NCBI GenBank assembly: GCA_031370645.1
Contig: JANMQV010000152.1
Location: forward strand, 102,473 to 166,472
Direction of reading: 5' to 3'
DNA: 64,000 nt
From: Candidatus Eiseniibacteriota bacterium
GTDB taxonomy: Bacteria; Eisenbacteria; RBG-16-71-46; SZUA-252
The stretch's first letter is position 1. Each line of letters begins with the position of its first letter. Both the position numbers and the translations under genes were made by a program. The notes under the pieces are model-generated. The model searched no databases. It worked only from the letters and a program-made list of their open reading frames with translations, and was not told the DNA's origin. Shown one piece after another: positions 50,514-60,724 of the stretch.

Positions 50514-51502
50514 TGCCGTTCGAGCGGTTCCGCGCGTTTTTCGACGCCCACACCGATTTCGCCATTTTCTCCCACGTCGATCCCGACGGCGACGCCATCG
50601 GCTCCGCCCTCGGTCTCGCCTGGGCGCTTCGCGAGATGGGCCGCGGCGCCGTCGTGATCAACGAGTCGCCCCTTCCGGCCAACCTCGACTTCCTGCCGGG
50701 GGCGGAAACCGTGCGTCGTCCCGATGCCTTCGCGGGCACCACATTCGACGCGGTCATCGTGCTCGACTGCTCGTCCCTCGAGCGGCTCGGTCCGAACGCC
50801 GCGCGGCTCGTGGCTCCGACGGCGACGATCGCCTGCGTCGATCACCACGTCGGGAACGCCGGATTTGGCGACCCCCGGCTGGTCGTGCCGGAGGCGAGCG
50901 CCACGGCCGAATTGATCCACGATCTGCTCGACGCGTGCCAGGTGCCTCTCACGCCTGAGACGGCGCAGTGCCTCTACACGGGGCTCGCTTCCGACACGGG
51001 CGCGTTCCGCTTTCAGAACACGACCCCGAAGGCGCTCCGTCTCGCGGCTCGCCTCGTCGATCACGGCGCGGAGCCGTCGCAGGTGGCCGACTGGCTCTAC
51101 GCGAAGAAGAGCGCCGGGAGCCTTCGCATTCTCGGGCTCGCGCTCGCATCGCTCGAATCGCGCGCGAACGGACAGGTGAGCGCGCTGACGATCTCGCGAG
51201 GCATGTTCGACCGCGCCGAAGCCTCGAGTGAGGACGCCGACGGCATCGTTCAGTACGCGAAGTCGCTCACCGGCGCGCGCGTCGGCGTGCTCTTCCAGGA
51301 GTTCGCGCCGGGGCAGATCCGCCTCAGTTTCCGAAGCGACGGCACCGTGGACGTGAACGAACTCGCCGGGAAATTCGGCGGCGGCGGCCACCGGGTCGCG
51401 GCCGGCGCTCGGATGGAGGGGGAACTCGGTTCCGTGCGGGAAACCGTGCTCGGTGCTCTGGAGCACGCCGTGAATGGCGGATCTCCTGCATCTCATCGAT
51501 AA
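50510..51502 (+). CDS. nrnA: DHH/DHHA1 phosphoesterase (NrnA-like oligoribonuclease/pAp phosphatase)
   Basis: HVDPDGDAIGS, LDC, VDHH, DTGAF, SFRS, FGGGGH..AAG. Confidence 0.9.
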   Translation: MMPFERFRAFFDAHTDFAIFSHVDPDGDAIGSALGLAWALREMGRGAVVINESPLPANLDFLPGAETVRRPDAFAGTTFDAVIVLDCSSLERLGPNAARLVAPTATIACVDHHVGNAGFGDPRLVVPEASATAELIHDLLDACQVPLTPETAQCLYTGLASDTGAFRFQNTTPKALRLAARLVDHGAEPSQVADWLYAKKSAGSLRILGLALASLESRANGQVSALTISRGMFDRAEASSEDADGIVQYAKSLTGARVGVLFQEFAPGQIRLSFRSDGTVDVNELAGKFGGGGHRVAAGARMEGELGSVRETVLGALEHAVNGGSPASHR

Positions 51503-52487
51503 GCCGGAGGGGTGGACCTCCCACGACGTGGTCGCGCGGCTTCGCCACATTCTCGGTGAACGGCGCGTCGGGCATTCCGGAACGCTCGATCCCTTCGCGA
51601 CCGGACTCCTGGTCGCGGCGGAGGGACGGGCGACGTCGCTCCTCGGCGCGCTCGGACTCCTGCCGAAGCGTTATCTCGCCACGCTCCGCCTGGGCGTCGC
51701 GACCGACACGCAGGATCGTACCGGCACTCCGATTCGAACCGAACCGGCCTCGGCGCTTCCGACCGCCGCCGCGTTCGACGCGGCGCTCGCTCGCTTTCGT
51801 GGAAGACTGGAACAGCAGCCGCCTCTCTACTCGGCGGTGAAGGTCGCGGGGGAGCGACTCTACAAGGCGGCGAGACGCGGGGAATCGGTGGAGCGCCCGG
51901 CGCGTCCGGTCCACGTCTACGCGCTCGAGCGTGTGGCGCCCGAATCCGCCGCGGCGGCCGCCACGCCCATGCCGCCCCTGTCGCCGGTGGTGAACGGCGA
52001 GCCGCGGCTTACCGCGACCCTCGCCGAGGCGACGCTGGACCTGACGGTGAGCCGCGGCACCTACGTTCGAACACTCGCGCACGATCTCGGCGAGGCGCTC
52101 GGCTGCGGCGCTCATCTGGTCGCGCTTCGGCGGCTCAGCATCGGGCCGTTCGATGTTTCGCGCGCCGGACGGGTGGAGCGGGACGGCGGATGGGACGCGG
52201 CGTCGTTTCGCGATCGGTCGATCGCGCCGGCGGAAGCCCTTTCCTTTCTTCCGCGCGTGCGGCTGACCCCGGATGAAGCGGCGCGCCTCCGGTTCGGTGC
52301 GGCGCCGTCGCCGGAGGCCGAGCGTGTCGAACCGTCGTCCTCCGACTACCCGCTTCCGCCGGGTGCCGGCGGATGGCCCGTGGCGCTCCTCGATCCCGAC
52401 GGCGCGCTCCTCGGGATGGCGGAGCCGTGGGAAGCGCAGACGCCCGGCATGCCGCTTCGGCTTCAGCGCGTGCTGGCCGACAACTAG
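51474..52487 (+). CDS. truB: tRNA pseudouridine(55) synthase
   Basis: DKPEGWTSHDVV, GHSGTLDPFATG, QQPPLYSAVKV.GERLYK.AR, GTYVRTLA.D. Confidence 0.96.
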   Translation: MADLLHLIDKPEGWTSHDVVARLRHILGERRVGHSGTLDPFATGLLVAAEGRATSLLGALGLLPKRYLATLRLGVATDTQDRTGTPIRTEPASALPTAAAFDAALARFRGRLEQQPPLYSAVKVAGERLYKAARRGESVERPARPVHVYALERVAPESAAAAATPMPPLSPVVNGEPRLTATLAEATLDLTVSRGTYVRTLAHDLGEALGCGAHLVALRRLSIGPFDVSRAGRVERDGGWDAASFRDRSIAPAEALSFLPRVRLTPDEAARLRFGAAPSPEAERVEPSSSDYPLPPGAGGWPVALLDPDGALLGMAEPWEAQTPGMPLRLQRVLADN

Positions 52488-52517
52488 CGCCCTCGAGAAG
52501 AGACGAGAACGAACGAG

Positions 52518-53471
52518 ATGACGCCCGCGAATCGTCCCATCGCCCTCACGATCGGAGTCTTCGATGGCCTCCACCGGGGCCATCAGGCGATCGTGCGCGC
52601 GGTGGTGGAGGCGGCTCGCGCGCGCGGCGGCGCCGCGTGGGTGGCGACGTTCGACCCGCATCCCGACGCGGTGCTCCGCGGCGTGGAGCAGCGCCCCTGG
52701 ATCACGCCGCCGGAAGAGCGCGCGGCGTTGCTTCACGCGATGGGGATCGACCGGGTAGAGGTCATTCGGTTCGACCGCTCGGTGAGCATGCTACTGCCGG
52801 AGGAGTTCCTCGACCAAATCCTCGGCGTCGGCGCACACCTCTCGGCGCTCGTTATTGGGGCCGACTTCAGAATGGGCCGCGGACGGATGGGTGACCGCGC
52901 CTACCTGGAAGCCCTGGGACGCCGCCGCGGCTTCGAGGTGATCGAGGTGCCAATCCTGCCGGCGGCCGGGGTCCTCGCCACGCCCGGCGGCTCGCCGGAG
53001 AAGATCTCGAGCACGGCCATTCGGCGCGCCATCGAGGCGGGGAAGATGGAGGAGGCCGAGGCGATGATGGGGCGTCCCTACGCGCTCGAGGGGACGGTCG
53101 GCTCCGGTGCCGGGAGAGGCACGGTTCTTGGTTTTCCAACCGCGAACCTCGAAATCCACCCGAAGAAGCTCTTGCCTCCGGCCGGTATCTATTTGTCAGA
53201 TAATGAGATGGATGGAGGTCAGGCGCGCGGACTCACGTACGTGGGGAGCGCCCCGACGTTCGGACCCGGGCCGACCCGCGCCGAGGTCTTCTTGATCGAC
53301 TTCGAGGGGAGTCTCCGAGGCCGGCTGCTGAAAACGCTGCTCCGATCGAAGCTACGTGCCGATAAGGTCTTCGGGTCGCCTGAAGCGTTGGTGGAGGCGA
53401 TGAACGAAGACGTCGCGAGAGCCCGCGAGATTTGGGCTCGGCAGGATGCTGAATCATCGAGGGCTCGGTGA
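52518..53471 (+). CDS. ribF: Bifunctional riboflavin kinase/FAD synthetase
   Basis: GVFDGLHRGHQ, TFDPHP, GADF..G, KISSTAIR, GRG..LGFPTANL. Confidence 0.95.
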   Translation: MTPANRPIALTIGVFDGLHRGHQAIVRAVVEAARARGGAAWVATFDPHPDAVLRGVEQRPWITPPEERAALLHAMGIDRVEVIRFDRSVSMLLPEEFLDQILGVGAHLSALVIGADFRMGRGRMGDRAYLEALGRRRGFEVIEVPILPAAGVLATPGGSPEKISSTAIRRAIEAGKMEEAEAMMGRPYALEGTVGSGAGRGTVLGFPTANLEIHPKKLLPPAGIYLSDNEMDGGQARGLTYVGSAPTFGPGPTRAEVFLIDFEGSLRGRLLKTLLRSKLRADKVFGSPEALVEAMNEDVARAREIWARQDAESSRAR

Positions 53472-53501
53472 GCCCCCTTGCACTCATTCGTGAAGAAACG
53501 C

Positions 53502-53529
53502 TTGCAACCCTCATTCCATTTGCTACATT
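53502..53529 (+). promoter_or_regulatory. Putative rpsO promoter (extended -10)
   Basis: TTGCAA, 16-nt spacer, TACATT with TG at the extended -10 position; AGGAGG RBS downstream. Confidence 0.5.
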
Positions 53530-53565
53530 CCCTGCTCCAGAAAAGAAAGAGGGAATGTCAAGGAG

Positions 53566-53844
53566 GTGGCACCGGTGCCGTTGACCCCAGATCAGAAGCG
53601 CGTCGTAATCCAGCAGTTCCGAGTCCATGAAGGCGATTCTGGCTCGGCCGAGGTACAAATCGCGCTTCTCACCGAACGCATCAAGTACCTGACGGAGCAC
53701 TTCAAGGTCCACAAGCGCGACCATCATAGTCGCCGGGGCCTGCTCCGAATGGTGGGTCAGCGCCGTAGACTGCTCGACTACTTGAAGGCCACGAAAGTCG
53801 AGCGGTACCGGGCCGTGGTCAAAGAGCTCGGCCTCCGCAAGTAG
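53566..53844 (+). CDS. rpsO: 30S ribosomal protein S15
   Basis: [43 protein letters not shown]. Alternative start GTG 53575. Confidence 0.98.
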   Translation: MAPVPLTPDQKRVVIQQFRVHEGDSGSAEVQIALLTERIKYLTEHFKVHKRDHHSRRGLLRMVGQRRRLLDYLKATKVERYRAVVKELGLRK

Positions 53845-53901
53845 GCCGTCACCCGCTTCCGCGGGGACCTCAGCAGTACCCTCCCCTCGACACTCCATCG
53901 G

Positions 53902-53934
53902 CTTCCCCTGGCGCCAACCGAGCGCCAGGGGAAG
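53902..53934 (+). promoter_or_regulatory. Stem-loop in the rpsO-pnp intergenic region (candidate RNase III processing element)
   Basis: 13-bp perfect stem CTTCCCCTGGCGC/GCGCCAGGGGAAG with a 7-nt loop; no U tract follows. Confidence 0.5.
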
Positions 53935-53981
53935 ACCGTCCGTTGTCCCGAAGCAGATCGTGGCGTGAAAAGGAGAAACGA

Positions 53982-56180
53982 ATGGCAGAATCCGTAAGCC
54001 TCGAGCTAGGCGGTCGCCGCCTCACGATTGAGGTAGGCAAGGTCGCCAAGCAGGCGAGTGGCGCGACGTGGATCCAGTACGGCGAGACCGTCGTCTTGAC
54101 GGCGATGGTCGTCAGCAAGGATCCCGTGGAAAAGGACTTCTTCCCGCTCCAAGTCGAATACCGCGAGAGGACCTACGCGGCGGGACGCATCCCGGGCGGC
54201 TTCTTCAAGCGCGAGGGTCGTCCGACGGAGAAGGAGATCCTTTCGAGCCGGCTCATCGACCGGCCGCTGCGTCCGATGTTCCCGGACGGCTATCGGCACG
54301 AAATCCAGATCATGTCGACCGTCCTCTCCTCCGATCAGACGAACGACGCCGACATTCTCGGCATCACCGGCGCTTCCGCCGCCCTCATGATCTCCGAAGT
54401 CGCGTTCCCCGAGGCCGTCTCGGCCGTCCGCGTCGGCTCGGTCGAGGGAAATCTCATCCTCAATCCCACCATCCAGGAACTCGACGACTCGGACCTCGAC
54501 CTCGTGGTCGCGGCCACCGACTCGAGCATCGTGATGGTCGAAGCGGGCGCGCGTGAAGTGACCGAGGAGCTGCTCGTGAAGGCCCTCGAGTTCGCGCACG
54601 CGGCCATCCGCCAGTTGAACGAAATGCAGCGGGAACTGGTCCGCCGCGTCGGCAAGCCGAAGCGCGCGTGGAACGGCCCGGCCCGCGACGAGTCGCTGGT
54701 GAAGGATATCGAGGCCGCGTACAGCGACCGCATTCACAAGGCGAACAGCATCACGGAGAAGCTGGAGCGCCAGGCGGCTCTCGACGCGATTGCCGCGGAT
54801 GCGGCCACTCGCTTCACCTCGAGCCACCCCGGCACCGAGAAGTTCGTGAAGTCGGTGTTGAATCACCTCGAAGAGAAGTCGGTCCGGAAGCTCATCGTGA
54901 AGGACAAGCGCCGTCCCGATGGCCGCGGCTTCGACGATATCCGCCCGATCACGATCGAGGTCGCCACGCTCCCGCGCACGCATGGCTCCGCGCTCTTCAC
55001 GCGCGGCCAGACCCAGGCCCTCGTCGTCGCGACCCTCGGCACCAAGGTGGACGAGCAGCGGATCGAGGAAATGGAAGGGCAGAGCTGGAAGAGCTTCATG
55101 CTCCACTACAATTTCCCGTCCTACAGCGTCGGCGAAGTGCGGCCGATGCGCGGACCGGGTCGCCGCGAGATCGGACACGGCGCGCTCGCCGAACGCGCGC
55201 TCGAGCCGCTCATCCCGAGCGACATCGACTTCCCCTACACGGTCCGCCTCGTCTCCGAAATTCTGGAGTCGAACGGCTCCTCATCCATGGCGACGATCTG
55301 CGGCGGCAGCCTCGCGTTGATGGACGCGGGCGTGCCGATCAAGACGCACGTCGCCGGCGTGGCGATGGGCCTCGTCCAGGAAGGCAGCGACGTGGCCATC
55401 CTGACCGACATCCAGGGCGTCGAGGATCACCTTGGCGACATGGACTTCAAGGTGGCCGGCACGCGCGATGGCATCACCGCGTTGCAAATGGACATCAAGA
55501 TCAAGGGCCTCTCCTCCGCGTTGATGTCGGAAGCGCTCGCCAAAGCCAAGAAGGCGCGCCTCTTCCTGCTCGACACGATGGAGTCGGCACTTCGCGAGCC
55601 GCGTGCGGAGCTGTCGCCGTACGCGCCACGCATCTACATCATGATGATCGACCCGGACAAGATCCGCGAGGTCATCGGACCGGGCGGCAAGATGATCAAG
55701 AAGATCTGCGCCGAAACCGGCACCCAGATCGATATCGAGGATACGGGAGAGGTCCGGATCGCGGCCTTCAGCGGCGCGGACGGAGACAAGGCCCGCGACA
55801 TCATCCGCTCGATCACCGAGGATCCGGAGATCGGCCGTGTCTACCAGGGCATCGTCCGCCGCGTCGTGCCGTTCGGTGCGTTCGTGGAGATCAGCCCGGG
55901 CAAGGATGGCCTGGTTCACATCTCCGAGCTCGAAATGAAGCGCGTCGAGAAGGTCGAGGACGTCATCAACGAGGGCGACACGGTCCTCGTGAAGGTCATC
56001 GCCATCGACTCGGAAGGAAAGGTCAAGCTGAGCCGCAAGCAGGCGCTGCCGGAGTACGCGGCGGCGCTCGCCGCGGGCGAGATTCAGGAGTCGGCGCCCG
56101 GCGGGGATCGCGGTCCTCGCGGCCGTGGCGGAGACCGTGGCGGCCCGCGTGGCCGGCGGCCGGAGCCGTCTCGCCGTTGA
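53982..56180 (+). CDS. pnp: Polyribonucleotide nucleotidyltransferase (PNPase)
   Basis: AAGGAG RBS and ATG 53982; DFFPL.V.Y.E, GRIPGGFFKREG, RREIGHG, SNGSSSMA, GDMDFKVAG, KH and S1 domains, RGG tail. Confidence 0.98.
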   Translation: MAESVSLELGGRRLTIEVGKVAKQASGATWIQYGETVVLTAMVVSKDPVEKDFFPLQVEYRERTYAAGRIPGGFFKREGRPTEKEILSSRLIDRPLRPMFPDGYRHEIQIMSTVLSSDQTNDADILGITGASAALMISEVAFPEAVSAVRVGSVEGNLILNPTIQELDDSDLDLVVAATDSSIVMVEAGAREVTEELLVKALEFAHAAIRQLNEMQRELVRRVGKPKRAWNGPARDESLVKDIEAAYSDRIHKANSITEKLERQAALDAIAADAATRFTSSHPGTEKFVKSVLNHLEEKSVRKLIVKDKRRPDGRGFDDIRPITIEVATLPRTHGSALFTRGQTQALVVATLGTKVDEQRIEEMEGQSWKSFMLHYNFPSYSVGEVRPMRGPGRREIGHGALAERALEPLIPSDIDFPYTVRLVSEILESNGSSSMATICGGSLALMDAGVPIKTHVAGVAMGLVQEGSDVAILTDIQGVEDHLGDMDFKVAGTRDGITALQMDIKIKGLSSALMSEALAKAKKARLFLLDTMESALREPRAELSPYAPRIYIMMIDPDKIREVIGPGGKMIKKICAETGTQIDIEDTGEVRIAAFSGADGDKARDIIRSITEDPEIGRVYQGIVRRVVPFGAFVEISPGKDGLVHISELEMKRVEKVEDVINEGDTVLVKVIAIDSEGKVKLSRKQALPEYAAALAAGEIQESAPGGDRGPRGRGGDRGGPRGRRPEPSRR

Positions 56181-56218
56181 CCCAGTTCGAGACGCCCCGA
56201 GTTCGATTCGCCGCAACG

Positions 56219-56248
56219 CAACGGAGGCTTCGGCCTCCGTTGTCGTTT
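56219..56248 (+). terminator. Intrinsic terminator after pnp
   Basis: CAACGGAGGC-TTCG-GCCTCCGTTG (10-bp stem with cUUCGg loop), then TCGTTT. Confidence 0.7.
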
Positions 56249-56277
56249 GCCGGCCGGAGGGTCTCCACCTGAGCCCC

Positions 56278-57564
56278 GTGGCCGAACCGCGTTTCCACCA
56301 CCTCGTCCTCCCCTCGGGCATCACGCTCGTCGGCGAAGAGGTCGACTCCGTCCGCTCGGTCGCCGTCGGCGTCTGGGTAAAGGTCGGTGCGCGGCACGAA
56401 ACGGCGGGGGAGAGCGGCCTCTCGCATTTCCTCGAACACATGCTCTTCAAAGGAACGCGGACGCGCGACGCCTTCCAGATCGCCTGGAGCCTCGAAGCAG
56501 TCGGCGGGCACCTCGACGCCTTCACGGGCCGCGAATCGACCTGCTACTACGCGCGCGCCCTCGACGAGCATCTCGACCTGGCGCTCGACGTCCTGGCCGA
56601 TCTCGCGCTTCGCCCCCGTCTCGATCCCTCCGACGTGACGAAGGAGAAGCAGGTCATCCTGGAGGAAATCCACAACAGCGAAGACACGCCCGACGACCGC
56701 ATCCATGACCTCTTCGCCGACGTGGTCTGGAAGGGGCATCCGCTCGGGCATCGCATTCTCGGGAGCAAGGAGTCGGTCTCCGGGTTCGCCACCGAGACGG
56801 TCGCCGGTTATCACCGCCGTCACTACGTCGCGCCGAACTTCCTCATTTCGATCGCGGGGAATTTCGAGTGGGACCGCTTCGTGTCGGAGGCCGCCGCGCG
56901 CTTCGGCGACGCCTCGCTCGGCGCAGCGACGCCGACGCCCCCCTCCTCGTCGGGAGGGCGCGCGGTCGTCCATCGCGTCGAAGAGCTGCAGCAGCAGTAT
57001 CTCTGCGTCGGCGGGCCCGGTCTCTCGCATGAGCACCCCGACCGAACCACGCTCGCGCTCCTCTCCACCGTCCTCGGGGGCGGCATGTCGAGCCGACTGT
57101 TCCAGCGCGTGCGGGAGCAGGAGGGGCTTGCGTACGCGGTCTACACATACGCCGATTCGTACGAGGACTCGGGCATCTTCTGCGCCGCGATGAACGTGCA
57201 GCCGGAGCACGGCCGGAAGGCCTTGCGACTCACGCTGGAAGAGTTCGACCGAATCGCGCAGGATGGGCTCCCGGCTGCGGACCTGGAGGCGGCCAAGGCG
57301 CAGCTGAAGGGGGGGCTCCTGCTCAGCCTGGAGAGCACGTCGAGCCGCATGCACCGGATCGCCCGCGCTCAGATGTACGCGGGGCGGATCGTGCCGGTGG
57401 AAGAGCTGGTGGCGGCGATCGAACGGATCACCTCCGAGGACGTGAAGCGGATCGCGGGCGGCCTACTGGCGCGCGACCGCCTCTCGATCGTGGCGCTGGG
57501 AGGGAGCGACGCGCGTCCCTACGGCGACGAGGACCTGGTGGCGGCGGAAGCCGCGAAAGCCTGA
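56278..57564 (+). CDS. M16 (pitrilysin/MPP-like) zinc peptidase
   Basis: Inverted zincin motif [50 protein letters not shown] start inferred. Confidence 0.93.
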   Translation: MAEPRFHHLVLPSGITLVGEEVDSVRSVAVGVWVKVGARHETAGESGLSHFLEHMLFKGTRTRDAFQIAWSLEAVGGHLDAFTGRESTCYYARALDEHLDLALDVLADLALRPRLDPSDVTKEKQVILEEIHNSEDTPDDRIHDLFADVVWKGHPLGHRILGSKESVSGFATETVAGYHRRHYVAPNFLISIAGNFEWDRFVSEAAARFGDASLGAATPTPPSSSGGRAVVHRVEELQQQYLCVGGPGLSHEHPDRTTLALLSTVLGGGMSSRLFQRVREQEGLAYAVYTYADSYEDSGIFCAAMNVQPEHGRKALRLTLEEFDRIAQDGLPAADLEAAKAQLKGGLLLSLESTSSRMHRIARAQMYAGRIVPVEELVAAIERITSEDVKRIAGGLLARDRLSIVALGGSDARPYGDEDLVAAEAAKA

Positions 57565-57578
57565 CGGGGAGGAGCGCG

Positions 57579-58022
57579 ATGGAACGGGTGGTGGTAAAGG
57601 TCTCGCTGGAGCCGCACGCCTTCGAGGCGCCGGCCTACCAGACGGAGCATGCCGCGGGGATGGATCTCCACGCCGCGGTCGATCACGACGTCACGATCGA
57701 GCCGGGCCAGGTGATCGCCGTGCCGACGGGACTTCGCCTGGAGATTCCGCCCGGTTTCGAGGGGCAAATCCGCGGACGAAGCGGCCTGGCGGCGAAGCAC
57801 GCCATCGGCGTGCCGAACGCGCCGGGCACGATCGACGCCGACTACCGCGGGGAGGTGAAGGTGCTCCTCGTGAATTGGGGACGCGCTCCATTCACCGTGA
57901 AACGCGGCGAGCGGATCGCGCAGCTCGTGATCGCGTCGGTGGCGCGCGCGTCGCTCGACGTCGTGACGGAACTCTCCGCCACCGCGAGGGGCGACGGAGG
58001 GTTCGGGCACACGGGCCGATGA
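57579..58022 (+). CDS. dut: dUTP diphosphatase
   Basis: [41 protein letters not shown]. Confidence 0.97.
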   Translation: MERVVVKVSLEPHAFEAPAYQTEHAAGMDLHAAVDHDVTIEPGQVIAVPTGLRLEIPPGFEGQIRGRSGLAAKHAIGVPNAPGTIDADYRGEVKVLLVNWGRAPFTVKRGERIAQLVIASVARASLDVVTELSATARGDGGFGHTGR

Positions 58023-58825
58023 CGGCGCGCGGGGCACTTCCGCCGCTCGTGCTCACGCTTCACCAAACACCCCGCCGCGCGACGTGGTCGCCGCTCGCCG
58101 TTGGCGCCGGCCCGCTTCGCTCGCTCCTGCACGATCTCCTGCGGCGGGGGTATCGATTCCTTCCGCTCGACGATATCGGTTCCGAGGGCCCGCCCCCGGG
58201 CACCGCCCTCCTCACCGTGGACGACGGCTACGCCTCCACCGTAGAGGTCTTGGCTCCCCTCGCGCGGGAACTAGGCATCCCCTGGTCCGTGTTCTTATTG
58301 GTAGGCGCCGTGGGTACCCGGAACGACTGGGACCTCCACGGCGTTTCGCTACCGGAGCGCCACCTCCGCGAGGAGGAAATCGTCGCGCTCGCCGGAGAGG
58401 GAGTCGGAATCGGATCGCACGGCGTACATCATCTCGACTGGACGCGCCTAAGCGACGGCGCGCTTCGCGAGGAGCTGACCGCCTCGCGCGCGTGGCTCGA
58501 ACGCGCCACCGGGCGTCGCATCGACGCGCTCTCCTATCCCTGGGGCCGCGTCGACGCGCGCGTCGCGGCGGCCGCTCGCGCCGCCGGCTACCGTCTTGGA
58601 TTCGCGCTGCGTGGCGTGCGCGACGCGGAGCGCGCCGAGCGGGCCGTGCCGGGACTGGCGATTCCTCGCCTCGCGCTCTACGCCCCCGACCAGATCCCCG
58701 GCCTCTTCGCGGCGACGGCCGTTCGCGCGCCGCGCGCGGGCCGGTTCCTCCGCGACCGGGCGGGGGCGCTCGGCGGGTGGCTCGTTGCTCGCGCGCTCGC
58801 GGCGTCGGGACGGGCGCATGCGTAG
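58019..58825 (+). CDS. Polysaccharide deacetylase (CE4/NodB family)
   Basis: [23 protein letters not shown] 58019 overlaps dut stop. Confidence 0.85.
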   Translation: MTARGALPPLVLTLHQTPRRATWSPLAVGAGPLRSLLHDLLRRGYRFLPLDDIGSEGPPPGTALLTVDDGYASTVEVLAPLARELGIPWSVFLLVGAVGTRNDWDLHGVSLPERHLREEEIVALAGEGVGIGSHGVHHLDWTRLSDGALREELTASRAWLERATGRRIDALSYPWGRVDARVAAAARAAGYRLGFALRGVRDAERAERAVPGLAIPRLALYAPDQIPGLFAATAVRAPRAGRFLRDRAGALGGWLVARALAASGRAHA

Positions 58826-59771
58826 TTTCCTCTTAGCGCGGATCGCGCTCTGGGCGCGGCTCGTGATGGAGGCGCTTCGGGCGCCGCTCGGGATCGGCGC
58901 GCTTCTGCTCGCGTTTCTCCCCGCGCCGTTGGTCCTCCTCGGGCCCGCGCCGCTTTCGCCGGCGATGGCCGCGGAGCCGGGCGCCGCGGCGGTGGACGCG
59001 GACGAACCCGGAACCGCCGTCGCGCCCGCCGATTCCTCCGACGATCGCTACGGTGGAGCGTTTGTCGACGACGAGGAGCGGAAGCGGTTTGCGCCGGTGC
59101 CGTGGCGCATCGGCGAGTATTTCCAATTTTCCATCGACTGGAACGGCCTGAACGGGGGAAGCTCCCTCATGCAGGTGCAGAACTTCCATCTGGTGGACGG
59201 ACGGCGCTGCTACCGAATCGTCACCAAGGCCGAGTCGAACTCCTTCGTCTCACGCTTCTATAAGGTACGCGACCGCGCCGAGAGCAGCGTCGACGCCGAG
59301 TCGCTCTTCTCGCGGCGCTTCGTGAAGCGGCTCCGGGAGGGGGGCTACAAGAAGGACGTGGACGTCCGCTTCGACCAGGATTCGCGGAAGGCCCTCTACG
59401 CGAACGGCAAGGAGTTCGACGTGGCCTCCCGGGTGCACGACGTCCTCTCGGCCTTCTACTATGTGCGCACCCAGCCGCTCCCCGCTGGGGCGACGCTCAG
59501 CGTGCCGACCCATGACAACGAGAAGAGCTACGACATGGAGGTGCAAGTCCTCCGCCGCGAAAAGGTCGAAGTGCCGGCGGGGAAATTCTCCTGCGTGGTC
59601 GTGGAGCCGAAACTGAAGTCCGAGGGCATCTTCAAGTCGAAGGGATCGATGCAAGTCTGGCTGACCGACGACGATCGGCGGCTCCCCGTCATGGTGAAAA
59701 GCGCGGTGCCGGTCGGATCGATCTCGGTCCGGCTCACCGACTACCGCCTGGCCTTCGAGGGACGAAAATGA
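58818..59771 (+). CDS. Exported DUF3108-like protein
   Basis: Hydrophobic N-terminus; GEYF.F, FYKVRD, DVLSAFYYVR, VPAGKF.C, VWLTDD.RRLPV. Confidence 0.78.
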   Translation: MRSFLLARIALWARLVMEALRAPLGIGALLLAFLPAPLVLLGPAPLSPAMAAEPGAAAVDADEPGTAVAPADSSDDRYGGAFVDDEERKRFAPVPWRIGEYFQFSIDWNGLNGGSSLMQVQNFHLVDGRRCYRIVTKAESNSFVSRFYKVRDRAESSVDAESLFSRRFVKRLREGGYKKDVDVRFDQDSRKALYANGKEFDVASRVHDVLSAFYYVRTQPLPAGATLSVPTHDNEKSYDMEVQVLRREKVEVPAGKFSCVVVEPKLKSEGIFKSKGSMQVWLTDDDRRLPVMVKSAVPVGSISVRLTDYRLAFEGRK

Positions 59772-60724
59772 GCCGTCACGACGAGATCGATCTCGACTCC
59801 GTACGCACGATCCCCGTTTCGAAGCGCCCCACGAAGGTGCGCGTCGATCAGTTCGCGCCCGCTCCCGACCCGACGCAGCCGATCTCGTCGTTCGACCAAT
59901 TCCTGCCAGACCTCCTGTCGGGCGCGCAGCTGCGCGATCTGATCCAGGCGTGGATTCTGGCGCGGACCTCGGGACGCCCGGTCGTCGCGATGATGGGCGG
60001 TCATGTCATCAAGACCGGCGTGCAGCGCCCCCTGCTCTCGCTCCTCGACGCCGGCGCCTTCAGCGCCATCGCCATGAACGGCGCCGCGGCCATCCACGAC
60101 TTCGAGATCGCGCTTTTCGGCACGACCTCGGAGCCGGTGGAGGAGACTCTCGTCGGAGGGCAGTTCGGCATGGTGGAGGAGACGCCGGTTCTCATGAACC
60201 AGGCGGTGCAGGACGGAGCGGCGCGCGGCCTCGGCATGGGGGAGGCGCTCGGCGAGTTCCTCCTCGAAGCCGACGCCCCCTACGTCTCCCTCTCGCTCCT
60301 CGCGCAGGCGGCTTCGCGCGCGCTGCCGCTCACGGTGCACGTCGCCATCGGCACCGACACGATCCATCAGCACCCGTCCTTCGACGGAGCGGCGACCGGG
60401 GCGGTGACGGCTCGCGATTTCCGCATCTTCGCCGCCGCGCTCCGCGAGCTGGAGGACGGGGTCGTGCTCAACTTCGGCTCCGCCGTCATTCTTCCCGAAG
60501 TCTTCCTGAAGGCGCTCTCCACCGTCCGGAATCTGGGTCACACGGCGGGGCGCTTCACCGCCGCCTCCTTCGATCAAATTCGCCATTACCGGCCGGAGAA
60601 GAACATCCTCGAGCGCCCCACGCGCGCGGGGGGGAAGGGGTACGCCTTCGTCGGCCCGCACGAACTCTGGATTCCGCTCTTGGCCGCGCTCTACCTCGGC
60701 CGGGCCCCGCGACTCGCTCCATGA
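59768..60724 (+). CDS. Conserved hypothetical protein, deoxyhypusine-synthase-like fold suspected
   Basis: MGGHVIK.G, AMNGA.AIHDFE, HVAIGTD..HQHP, NFGSAVILPEVFLKA, GPHE..IP; N-x-G-S-A-V-x-x-P pattern resembles DHS-like NAD-binding proteins. Confidence 0.55.
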   Translation: MSRHDEIDLDSVRTIPVSKRPTKVRVDQFAPAPDPTQPISSFDQFLPDLLSGAQLRDLIQAWILARTSGRPVVAMMGGHVIKTGVQRPLLSLLDAGAFSAIAMNGAAAIHDFEIALFGTTSEPVEETLVGGQFGMVEETPVLMNQAVQDGAARGLGMGEALGEFLLEADAPYVSLSLLAQAASRALPLTVHVAIGTDTIHQHPSFDGAATGAVTARDFRIFAAALRELEDGVVLNFGSAVILPEVFLKALSTVRNLGHTAGRFTAASFDQIRHYRPEKNILERPTRAGGKGYAFVGPHELWIPLLAALYLGRAPRLAP

